Shown here: in pieces, positions 9,347-17,395 of the stretch | Numbering within the stretch: position 1 is the stretch's first letter | Layout of the letters: each line of letters begins with the position of its first letter | The notes under the pieces: generated by a model | What the model was told of the DNA's origin: nothing | Database searches by the model: none | The model's input: only the letters and a program-made list of their open reading frames with translations | Assembly (NCBI GenBank): GCA_945860915.1 | Contig: CAMARR010000001.1 | Coordinates: forward strand, 287,277-351,276 | DNA: 64,000 bases | Source of the DNA: Candidatus Kuenenia stuttgartensis | Lineage (GTDB): Bacteria > Planctomycetota > GCA-002687715 > CAIWVZ01 | Reading direction: 5' to 3' | Position numbers and translations under genes: made by a program

Positions 9347-10323
9347 GTCGAGTTCCCGGGGATCGGGTGCATCGCAGCGGCATCCCAGGAGATCGTCGTC
9401 TTTTGCCCAACCGCGAAGAACCCGGTCCCGGATGAGTTCGCGGTCTCCACAACCAAGCGGGCCCCCTGATGATCCACGATCACGAGAGTCCTTGACCCGA
9501 GGAAGACCACGTCGGTCACGGTCACGCTGTGCCCAGGGCGATCCCCGAGGCGAATACACTCCGGGCGCACCACGAATGTCCTTCCATCGATGTGGATCTT
9601 GTTCGCCGTCCCAACGAACCTCGCCACGAATTCGGAATTCGGGTGATGGTAGATCTCGCTAGGGGTTCCAATCTGCTCGATGGCGCCACTATTCATGACT
9701 GCAACTCGGTCCGACATGGACAGGGCTTCATCTTGGTCGTGAGTTACATAGACGAAAGTCATTCGCAACTCGCGTTGAAGACGTCTCAACTCTTCCTGGA
9801 GACCGTGGCGGAGAACGAGGTCGAGTGCGCCAAGAGGCTCATCGAGCAACAACGCCTTGGGTCGATTAACGACCGCCCTCGCCAATGCGACACGTTGCTG
9901 CTCTCCACCTGACAACGTCGTCGTCTTGCGCGACCCGCAGCTGCTCAGGCGCACCCAATCAAGCGCTTCGGCCACCCGTCGCGAGACATCGGTTGCGTTG
10001 GCAAGCCTGAGTCCAAACGCAACGTTCTCGAAGACCGAAAGGTGAGGAAAGAGCGCGTAGCTTTGGAAAACCATGTTCACGTCGCGCCGGTGGGGAGGCA
10101 CTGTCGTCACGTCCTCGCCGTCCAACCACACGGAACCGGCGTCCGGCCGGTCAAATCCTGCGATACACCTCAGAAGCGTGGTCTTCCCACATCCAGATGG
10201 GCCGAGCAGTGAGAAAAACTCGCCGGGCCGAATAAAAAGCCTCAAATCGTCCAGCACGATGCGATCGCCGATCCGGCGAGTCACATTTCGGATTTCAATT
10301 TGATAGCGAGGGGCGTCCGTCAC
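9343..10323 (-). CDS. potA: Spermidine/putrescine ABC transporter ATP-binding protein
   Basis: Walker A GPSGCGKTTLL, signature LSGGEQQRVALARA, Walker B LLLDEPL, and a C-terminal TOBE-like domain. The conserved domain begins at YQIEIRNV. GTG 10323 gives 326 aa. The track start at 10551 would add about 76 non-conserved residues and overlap the divergent small ORF. Start uncertain. Confidence 0.85.
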   Translation of the reverse strand: MTDAPRYQIEIRNVTRRIGDRIVLDDLRLFIRPGEFFSLLGPSGCGKTTLLRCIAGFDRPDAGSVWLDGEDVTTVPPHRRDVNMVFQSYALFPHLSVFENVAFGLRLANATDVSRRVAEALDWVRLSSCGSRKTTTLSGGEQQRVALARAVVNRPKALLLDEPLGALDLVLRHGLQEELRRLQRELRMTFVYVTHDQDEALSMSDRVAVMNSGAIEQIGTPSEIYHHPNSEFVARFVGTANKIHIDGRTFVVRPECIRLGDRPGHSVTVTDVVFLGSRTLVIVDHQGARLVVETANSSGTGFFAVGQKTTISWDAAAMHPIPGNST

Positions 10324-10456
10324 GGTGTGACACGAGTTTGCGCATCGACGAGGTGCCGTCAAGCCTCGACTGAATTCTCCGTAATCCCGATTTCTTACCC
10401 TAAACCGACCGGTTCGATTTCGAATCGATGGGACATGTTGTGGTGGGCGGAAACTC

Positions 10457-10753
10457 GTGGTTAACATCCGCGCTGTGACTCGCTCGTTGAGCCTCCCTTT
10501 AGCCCCTCTATTCGCCATGCTGGCGTTGGCACTTTGGCTTTGGGCAGGCATCGAGTCGCTCGATCACCACCACGATCAAGATGCCGATTGCGCGGCGTGC
10601 GCCACCGCGACGCTTCCCTCCGACATTGTGATTGAGCTTCCGCCCGCAGTTGTCGTTTCCTCCGGCACGTGGGCATTCAGCGATCTCTCGCCTGCACCAT
10701 TTGACCATGGCGAAGTGGCGACACGCGCCCGTGATCCTCCGCATCTCTCCTGA
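10457..10753 (+). CDS. Small membrane-anchored/secreted protein with His cluster and CxxC
   Basis: 98 codons from GTG 10457 (alternative ATG 10517). Basic N-terminus plus a hydrophobic helix (LPLAPLFAMLALALWLWAG), then HHHDQDADCAACA. Third-codon-position GC looks coding. Family not recognised with certainty. Confidence 0.45.
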   Translation: MVNIRAVTRSLSLPLAPLFAMLALALWLWAGIESLDHHHDQDADCAACATATLPSDIVIELPPAVVVSSGTWAFSDLSPAPFDHGEVATRARDPPHLS

Positions 10754-10836
10754 AGATGTAGCGCTATTCCAAAAAGTTAGTTGAGCCATGCGGCACGATG
10801 ATCTCGTCGCCGTGTGAGCATTAGTCAGGAGTCGTC

Positions 10837-12231
10837 ATGAGAATCTCGTATCTGCGAGGGTTCCTATCTGCCTTTTTGATTGCAACAGCATCGGCTCTCA
10901 CGTCGCATATCGTCGTCGCGCAGGACATCAAACACCTCGAGGCGCGAATGACGGAGATGCAAGCCCGTTACGAATCGCGTTTGGCAAGTCTCGAGAAAGA
11001 GCTGACCACCCTGCGAAACTCAGTCGGTGATCCCGCAGCGACCACCAGATCAAACGAAATTGACCGCGTCATCGGGGAGCACACGCAGCATGATCGTCAC
11101 TATCGACTGGACCATGCAACGCATTCGTCCAACTCATTTAGCCCTGCGATCAGCTTCGTAAGCGACTTTGTCGTCGGGGCTTCGAGTCGCGACAACACCT
11201 ATGAGACCGACAACCAGTTTCGCCTTCGTTTGTTGGAACTCGGCATTACTGGGCGAGTGGATCCGAGCCTTTCGTACAAGGTGACGCTCCATGGCAGCGA
11301 AGAAGCGCTTGAGTTGGATGATGCGTATGTCGACTGGCAGTCAGGATCGATCGAGTCGATCACTCTTCGAGCTGGTCGTTTACCGATCGATTTTGGACGC
11401 GCCTCGCCTTTGCACAATGATGAGTTGGCGTTCATTGATAAGCCTTATGTGATCCAATCCATTTTGGGTGGCCGGGCCCTCACGACCGGAATTGCCGTCC
11501 ACCAGCGGTTTGACGCTGGCGGCACACCGGTCCGCTGGTCGCTCGGTCTTGGGAATTCGCTAGACGGAGATTTCCCTGAGGCAGCCAGTCCTCTCTCCTA
11601 CAACGCGTACCAGCAAAGCGACACCGGTGCCGGGTCATTTGGGTCACGATCAGCAAGCGACATGATTGTCACCAGCCGTGTTGCTAGCTCGCTGCAAGTC
11701 TCTGCCGGAGATGAACTCCAACTGGGCGTTAGTGGCATCATTGCTCCGAAAATTAGGCGATTTGATTACTTGGACCCACCGACAAATTCGATCGTGGCGC
11801 GCCATGACACCGATCATCTCGTCATCGGACTCGACGCCTTCTACCGTCACAACGCCGGTGCACACGAGGGATCGCTGACAATCGGAGGAGAGTGGATTTG
11901 GGCGCGCTATGAGTCTGTTGACATAAGCACCTCACCGCCATCGTGGCTTGGAGCACGAGAGTTTGCCCATGGGGGCTACCTAATGGCCGAGTGGGCCTTC
12001 TGCCACGCATGGTCGGTCGGCGTCCGAATTGACCATATTTCACCCAACTCCGACACGTCAGACAACTGGGACTCAGCGAATGCCGCAATCACCTTCCATG
12101 CTGATGAAGTCAATCGCATTCGCTTGGAAGGGGGGATCATCAACGATCGATTCCTTGACGAGACGTATGGGTTCCTCATGTTGCAATGGACCGTCATTAT
12201 CGGGCACCACACTCACGCAGTTGCTTGGTGA
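10837..12231 (+). CDS. Putative outer-membrane beta-barrel (porin O/P-like) with N-terminal coiled coil
   Basis: 464 aa. SD GGAG 6 nt upstream. Signal peptide (LIATASALTSHIVVAQD), then a coiled-coil stretch (LEARMTEMQARYESRLASLEKELTTLRN), then long beta-strand-like sequence ending in an aromatic C-terminus (HAVAW). Confidence 0.6.
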   Translation: MRISYLRGFLSAFLIATASALTSHIVVAQDIKHLEARMTEMQARYESRLASLEKELTTLRNSVGDPAATTRSNEIDRVIGEHTQHDRHYRLDHATHSSNSFSPAISFVSDFVVGASSRDNTYETDNQFRLRLLELGITGRVDPSLSYKVTLHGSEEALELDDAYVDWQSGSIESITLRAGRLPIDFGRASPLHNDELAFIDKPYVIQSILGGRALTTGIAVHQRFDAGGTPVRWSLGLGNSLDGDFPEAASPLSYNAYQQSDTGAGSFGSRSASDMIVTSRVASSLQVSAGDELQLGVSGIIAPKIRRFDYLDPPTNSIVARHDTDHLVIGLDAFYRHNAGAHEGSLTIGGEWIWARYESVDISTSPPSWLGAREFAHGGYLMAEWAFCHAWSVGVRIDHISPNSDTSDNWDSANAAITFHADEVNRIRLEGGIINDRFLDETYGFLMLQWTVIIGHHTHAVAW

Positions 12232-12449
12232 TTACTGTTGACCGCCCTTGTGGATGGTCTTCCTATTTTGCCTAGGAGCGTCCTCCGAGCCTCGGCCATC
12301 GCGACAACGCCCCCAAAAAGGGCGCGGGCCTCGGGAACGCTCCATCGATGGTTGCCAAAACGTCTGAACCGAATCTGACCACACGCCCCCTCGGGGTCCC
12401 GCCAACGCGTTCTCCCATTCTTGGGCACCGAACACATTCAACCGGATGA

Positions 12450-12459
12450 GCGCTAGCAT
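12450..12459 (+). promoter_or_regulatory. GCGCTAGCAT decamer (-10-like TAGCAT) in the 390-nt spacer
   Basis: Exact decamer, followed 4 nt later by an in-frame GTG (12464). The same decamer occurs at 27212-27203 (minus strand), and a one-mismatch copy occurs at 17380-17389, both abutting start codons. Confidence 0.25.
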
Positions 12460-12622
12460 TGACGTGATTGCCGGGGGCCCGCGCGGCTCCTACGCCGCGG
12501 TCCTATGCGACCTGCCGTTCCGACCTTCGTCCGTTCGTAGTTGGCCGATGGGTGGAATTTCCCATGTTTATCCGAATCTGGACTGCACTCGCTTGACGCC
12601 TTGCGTGGTAACGTGACCCGCT

Positions 12623-13588
12623 ATGCGGATCGGATTCTTTGGACTCATCCTCGTTTTAGCGTCACTAGCTTGTGGCCAGGAGTCGCGACCCACGTCGCGC
12701 CCCCAACGGACGTCGTTTGACCAAGCAGCCAAGAAGCTCAAGGGCACCGCGACTCGAACGACCATACCCTCGAAGCTTATGCCGAAACCTGTCGGTGTGG
12801 TCACCTACGTGCCGCCGAGCTATGGACTCGCTGTCAATGCCAACAAGCGATACCCGGTGATGTTCTTTCTGCATGGGCTTTTCGAAAATGCAGATCGCTG
12901 GGTCCAACGGGGTGGCGCATCGATGCTCGAAACCGCGGTCGCCACTGACGGATTCCCAGAGTGCATTGTGATCGCCCCTGACGCCGGCATGAGTTTCTAC
13001 TGCGACAGCATGGACTCAAAACGACCCTATTCACGCTGGTTCATCGACGAGTGTCTTCCGTGGGCTGACCAGAACTTCAGGACTCTGGCCAATCGAGAGT
13101 CAAGAGTGCTCGTAGGATCGTCGATGGGCGGCTTCGGCGCGCTCCATTTCGCATTCATGCGTCCCGACCTCTTTGCTGCCGTCGCGGTCCACTCCGCGGC
13201 CATCCTTCCAGACAAGGTCGATGACTGGTCGGACCGCGCCAAACGGGCGATGGGTTTCTTGGCGACCGAGGTGGCTGACGTCTTTGGTGACCCCATCGAC
13301 GCCGCCAAGTGGAAATCCGTAAATCCCCTGCACTTGGCTGCGTCTCTTGACCCCAGCAAGGCTCCGGCTATCTACCTCGATTGTGGCGCACAGGACCGCT
13401 ATGCGTTCGACGACGGATGTCGCACGCTAGGCAAGCTCCTAGAAGACCGACGCATTCCCCGCACCTGTGAAATTCGTCCGGGCAATCACGGATGGGATTA
13501 CTTGAAGGACGCGCATCCGATCGCTCTAAGGTGGATCAAGGATGTACTTTCACGAGGCACGAAGAGTCTGCCTCGGACCACGCGTTAG
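12623..13588 (+). CDS. Secreted alpha/beta-hydrolase, putative esterase family
   Basis: 321 aa. Signal peptide (LILVLASLACG), FFLHGL block, and nucleophile elbow GSSMGGFGA. Esterase-D/enterochelin-esterase-like. Confidence 0.8.
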   Translation: MRIGFFGLILVLASLACGQESRPTSRPQRTSFDQAAKKLKGTATRTTIPSKLMPKPVGVVTYVPPSYGLAVNANKRYPVMFFLHGLFENADRWVQRGGASMLETAVATDGFPECIVIAPDAGMSFYCDSMDSKRPYSRWFIDECLPWADQNFRTLANRESRVLVGSSMGGFGALHFAFMRPDLFAAVAVHSAAILPDKVDDWSDRAKRAMGFLATEVADVFGDPIDAAKWKSVNPLHLAASLDPSKAPAIYLDCGAQDRYAFDDGCRTLGKLLEDRRIPRTCEIRPGNHGWDYLKDAHPIALRWIKDVLSRGTKSLPRTTR

Positions 13589-13609
13589 GATCAAAACGGA
13601 GAATATGCT

Positions 13610-13984
13610 GTGAACGCCCAATCCGAGTCGAGTGATGGCCGCCATGCGAACCGCGAAGTGAAATCGTATGCGCTCATTGATCCGGCGGTAAAAGCGCCCT
13701 ATCTCGAGTTCTACAAAGTCACCTATCGTGAACAGGACGCAGCGCTTGATCGTAAGACCAAGGAGTTGATTGCGATTGCCGCAAGCCTTGCATTCAACTG
13801 TCAGAACTGCATGGATGGCCACATCAAGAAAGCCATTCGCGATGGTGCCACCCGCGAAGAAATCAGCGAGACGATCGCTGTCACGCTAGGTGTTGCAGCC
13901 GCAGCCGTGGTCGACCGTTCGGACTTGGCCGGAGCTCGGCTCGGAATGTCATTCGACGACATTCCGTCAGGCAAGAGCAAGTAG
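13610..13984 (+). CDS. Carboxymuconolactone decarboxylase (AhpD-like) family protein
   Basis: 124 aa. Core KTKELIAIAASLAFNCQNCMDGHIKKA with CxxC. SD GGAG 8 nt upstream of GTG 13610. Confidence 0.85.
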   Translation: MNAQSESSDGRHANREVKSYALIDPAVKAPYLEFYKVTYREQDAALDRKTKELIAIAASLAFNCQNCMDGHIKKAIRDGATREEISETIAVTLGVAAAAVVDRSDLAGARLGMSFDDIPSGKSK

Positions 13985-13998
13985 TCCTGACGAACCAA

Positions 13999-14024
13999 AG
14001 CCTCGTGGTGATCCCCTCGAGGCT
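13999..14024. terminator. Candidate bidirectional hairpin between convergent genes
   Basis: AGCCTCG-12 nt loop-CGAGGCT, a perfect 7-bp stem, in the 63-nt gap between the stops at 13984 (+) and 14048 (-). No strong U-tract. Confidence 0.35.
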
Positions 14025-14047
14025 CTCGACGCAACCTTGCTTGTTGA

Positions 14048-14953
14048 CTATTTCAGAATCTGTGCGAGCGCATCATCGACGCTGGGATAACGGAACGTAA
14101 ACCCGGCTCTGAGAGCCTTCCTCGGGATGACGCGCTGACCTCGAGTCAAAAGTGAGGCGACGTCGCCCAAAGCCAACTGCAGGACGAATGCGGGAACCCG
14201 AAAAAGGGCGGGTCGCCCTAATGTGCGCGCTAACACACGAGTGAACGTGTCGTTCGTCACAGGGCTTGGACCTGTCCCGTTTACCGGCCCGCTCAGCGAC
14301 GATGTATCGAGCGCAAACACGATCAAGCTCGCCAAATCATCTCTGTGAATCCAACTCATCCATTGAGTGCCCGTGCCGATTGGGCCACCCAGTCCTAGGC
14401 GGAAAGGTGGCAGCATCTTCGCCAATGCGCCACCGTTCGGCCCAAGCACAATGCCGATGCGGATAGTGACCACTCGAAGCCCAAGCGACTCTGCTTCGCG
14501 AGCCGCCGACTCCCAGTCACGACACATGTCCTCGAGGAATCCGGTGCCGACCGGAGATTCCTCGGTGAGTTCCTCATCACCATGCGAGCCGTACCAACCA
14601 ACTGCTGACGCCGAGACCAAAACTCTTGGGCGGGCCTCGGGCGGCAATGCTCGAATGGACTGCACGAGGGAGCGAGTTGCTTCGATACGGCTTCGGCGAA
14701 GTTTTGCTCGTTGCGCGTCCGACCAACGCTTTCCAACGATGGGTTCACCCATCAGATTGACAATGGCATCAACTCCACCCAAGAGCTTAGCCGGCGGATC
14801 GCCGAGAGATGCCGAATCAAGTTCGGTTCCAAGCATTGCGGTCGCATTGACCAGATCGCGAGTCACGATCCGGACAGAGTCTTTTCGTGCCCGAAGTTTG
14901 CTAACCACAGATGGGCCCACGAATCCGGTGGCCCCCGTTACGAGTACTCGCAT
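14048..14953 (-). CDS. TIGR01777/YfcH-like NAD-dependent epimerase (SDR) family protein
   Basis: MRVLVTGATGFVG Rossmann start and a C-terminal DUF1731-like tail (ALRAGFTFRYPSVDDALAQIL). ATG 14953 is preceded by a strong SD, GGGAGG, 5 nt upstream. The track start at 15022 is rejected. Confidence 0.85.
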   Translation of the reverse strand: MRVLVTGATGFVGPSVVSKLRARKDSVRIVTRDLVNATAMLGTELDSASLGDPPAKLLGGVDAIVNLMGEPIVGKRWSDAQRAKLRRSRIEATRSLVQSIRALPPEARPRVLVSASAVGWYGSHGDEELTEESPVGTGFLEDMCRDWESAAREAESLGLRVVTIRIGIVLGPNGGALAKMLPPFRLGLGGPIGTGTQWMSWIHRDDLASLIVFALDTSSLSGPVNGTGPSPVTNDTFTRVLARTLGRPALFRVPAFVLQLALGDVASLLTRGQRVIPRKALRAGFTFRYPSVDDALAQILK

Positions 14954-15037
14954 GGATACCTCCCTCGATGAGGGCGCTTTGGACATGCTACCCTCATACC
15001 GCGCCTTCTCCACCCGGCGCATTCAAGGATTCGAACT

Positions 15038-15460
15038 ATGCCCTACGACGAAATGATGGTCGCCCCGATGCGCAAGGAACTCACTGACTTGGGAGTCAAG
15101 GAACTCCGAACAGCAGATGCCGTGGACAACGTTCTTAAGGAAGCCCCGGGCACTGTATTGGTGTTCATCAACTCGGTCTGCGGATGCGCCGCGGGTGGCG
15201 CTCGCCCAGGACTCAAGCTCGCGTTGAATCATGGGGTGAAGCCCGATGTAGTGACGACGGTGTTCGCCGGACAAGATGCCGATGCGACCAAGCGCGCAAG
15301 ATCCTACTTTCAGGGTGCGCCCCCGTCGTCGCCGGCGGTCGCACTGTTTAAGTCGGGTAAGTTGGTTGGACTTATGCAGCGCTGGGACATCGAGGGCCGA
15401 ATGCCTCAGGAAATCGCGGGCGAGCTCGTCCGCCTTTTCGACGCCCACTGCAAGTCCTGA
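15038..15460 (+). CDS. Bacilliredoxin BrxA/BrxB (YphP/YqiW, DUF1094) family thiol-disulfide oxidoreductase
   Basis: 140 aa. Characteristic VFINSVCGCAAGGARPG block with the CGC redox motif, plus the QRWDIEGR region. Confidence 0.85.
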   Translation: MPYDEMMVAPMRKELTDLGVKELRTADAVDNVLKEAPGTVLVFINSVCGCAAGGARPGLKLALNHGVKPDVVTTVFAGQDADATKRARSYFQGAPPSSPAVALFKSGKLVGLMQRWDIEGRMPQEIAGELVRLFDAHCKS

Positions 15461-17375
15461 GTCGGCGTGGCATCGACCAAGCGAGTCCAAGTCTGAGACG
15501 CGCAATCCCGCCGCCCTGAAAATGTGTGGGCTGCGGGGTTCGCAGAGCTTGGAGTTTCCATCCTTCGGGAAGGACGATGCCAAGGCTTGCTACTCCAAGC
15601 ACCGCAAGTCCTGCCTCTTCGGGTGCGGTCTCGCCACCGAGTGACATGGTTTGTCCGCGCGCATCGACGATGAGACTTGATGGCAGATCCTCGACTTCTT
15701 TGAGTGCCGCGACCAGCGCGATCGCGGCGCGACGCGCAACCGTTGCAGCATTCGGATCACGGGCGACTGCCCCTGCCATCGCCAACGTCGGGAAAAGTAG
15801 CCCCGCATCGTGCCACGGTGGGATCCGGAACCACCCGGTCCGGCGAGCCGATTCGATAAGAAGATGGCCCGCTGCGGACTGAGAGCCGACCGTCAAGGCA
15901 AGAAGTTTCTTCAGCGCTTGGTCACTCTTCGGGATATCTGTCGCAGCGGCCTCCGCGAGCGCGGCGAGAGCCCACGCAACATCTTGTCCGCGGGAGCCAG
16001 CGATGACGACGCGATCAAGATGTGGAAGGGAACGCCTTTGGCTCTCGTCGAGTCGAGCCTGCATCCATGGATCGTCGATTAGGCGAGCCAGCATGGACGC
16101 CCCCACGATCACGTGGTGTCCGACCTCTGATTCCCCCAATCCCTCCCCAGCGCCGTGCTTCAGATTAAGCCCTTGAGCTGGATGAATCGTCGATCCGACT
16201 TGATGCTGCGCGGAGATCGTCGCACGACGCCATAGTGCCACGTCCAATCGGCTCATAGCGTCGCATGCAAGCCCCAGCGGGACATCCCATTCATGGTGCG
16301 ACCACGTGCCATGAGAAAGCCTGAAATCGCCGCGATGCCGTTCGGCAACACCATGCCCTCCGCTCTCTGACTTAACCCATTCGGCGTCCTGCTTGGCGGT
16401 CCGCTGTGCGACTTCATCAATGAACACAGATGGGCAGGAGCGGTCCTTACTGCCTCGTGGCTTCCAGATCGGAATCAAAACCAACGGCAAAACTGAGCCC
16501 TCGCCGGCACGAATTTCAACTCGGAGTCGCCGGGGCGATCTCCACGTGAGCGACTCCTGCTCGTCGACCAACGTTATCAAGACGCCTCGATCATCCGACA
16601 TGACCCGCCGCGGAGCTTCGACCACGCCAAGGGCGCAGGCAAACGCCCATCTCGAATCACGCCAGACGCGTGGACCCTTCTGAATTTGAGCGAGTAGTTG
16701 AGAAGCAGACGGCTCTTCAAAGGGAGGCGTCCAACCCTGATTCAATTCATTTCCGGTCATCTCATCTGCTTCATCGGAGGAGACTCGAACCCGGACGCTC
16801 GCTCCACCACGAGCAGGCCCTCCACAGACGAGGATGCCCCGAATTTCGCCGCTTAGCCCGAACTCGTCTATCCAAAGCTCGGTTAAGCCACCCTCAACTC
16901 GACCTGCGCGCAGGTACCAACGCCGATGGTCGCCGAGAACACGGCATACAGGTGCGGCGATCAGCTCGACCCCTTCAACCGTGTAGTGCCGTTGATCGAC
17001 TTGAAACGCGATGCGCCCTCGATCGAAGTGGACTCGCGACGCGATTGCGGCAGACTGATGTGAGGGCGTGAGTGAATTGCGCAGAGAGGGAACGAGTTGA
17101 ATGTGATGTCGTCCCGCAGGAACGCCGTGAGGAAACAGCACTTGGACGACGGAGAATGCGCCGTCGCGATGAACTCGCGCCTCGACCCTAAGCTCGCCCG
17201 CGCTCACCAAGCAAGGCGCCTTCGGCGCGGCCCCCGACGGGATGATGAGGTCGGTTCGAACCGGCCCATCAATGGAAGACTCGACTTCCACAAGGAATCC
17301 GCTGAAGATCAACATCCACGCAGTGATCCAACTCATGTGACACAAGACGCAAATCGTCAACAGGCGTCCCCTCAC
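15372..17375 (-). CDS. Hypothetical secreted/anchored protein (667 aa)
   Basis: Long ORF with a signal/anchor-like N-terminus (MRGRLLTICVLCHMSWITAWMLIFSGFLV). No family recognised. The C-terminal half is helix-rich. The last 29 codons overlap the convergent bacilliredoxin gene and are Arg/Pro-rich, so the 3' end is doubtful. Confidence 0.55.
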   Translation of the reverse strand: MRGRLLTICVLCHMSWITAWMLIFSGFLVEVESSIDGPVRTDLIIPSGAAPKAPCLVSAGELRVEARVHRDGAFSVVQVLFPHGVPAGRHHIQLVPSLRNSLTPSHQSAAIASRVHFDRGRIAFQVDQRHYTVEGVELIAAPVCRVLGDHRRWYLRAGRVEGGLTELWIDEFGLSGEIRGILVCGGPARGGASVRVRVSSDEADEMTGNELNQGWTPPFEEPSASQLLAQIQKGPRVWRDSRWAFACALGVVEAPRRVMSDDRGVLITLVDEQESLTWRSPRRLRVEIRAGEGSVLPLVLIPIWKPRGSKDRSCPSVFIDEVAQRTAKQDAEWVKSESGGHGVAERHRGDFRLSHGTWSHHEWDVPLGLACDAMSRLDVALWRRATISAQHQVGSTIHPAQGLNLKHGAGEGLGESEVGHHVIVGASMLARLIDDPWMQARLDESQRRSLPHLDRVVIAGSRGQDVAWALAALAEAAATDIPKSDQALKKLLALTVGSQSAAGHLLIESARRTGWFRIPPWHDAGLLFPTLAMAGAVARDPNAATVARRAAIALVAALKEVEDLPSSLIVDARGQTMSLGGETAPEEAGLAVLGVASLGIVLPEGWKLQALRTPQPTHFQGGGIARLRLGLAWSMPRRLRTCSGRRKGGRARPRFPEAFGPRCPSAA

Positions 17376-17379
17376 GCGT

Positions 17380-17389
17380 GCGCTAGAAT
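17380..17389 (+). promoter_or_regulatory. GCGCTAGAAT (-10-like TAGAAT) 6 nt upstream of the nadD ATG
   Basis: TAGAAT at 17384-17389 and ATG at 17396. The spacing predicts a leaderless or near-leaderless transcript. No convincing -35. Confidence 0.3.
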
Positions 17390-17395
17390 TCGGTC

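Noticed and set aside
9347-9559. N-terminal extension of potB in the ORF track (and 10324-10551 for potA, 30345-30515 for ruvB, 36515-36640 for larC, 14954-15022 for the SDR gene)
   Set aside because: The extensions overlap upstream genes or add non-conserved Arg-rich residues. Internal GTG/ATG starts coincide with the stop overlaps, SD sequences or conserved N-termini.
15038-15460. The Brx name suggesting a BREX phage-exclusion component
   Set aside because: The sequence is the bacilliredoxin (thioredoxin-fold, CGC motif) family, unrelated to BREX BrxA. No pglX/pglZ/brxC-like genes are in the window.
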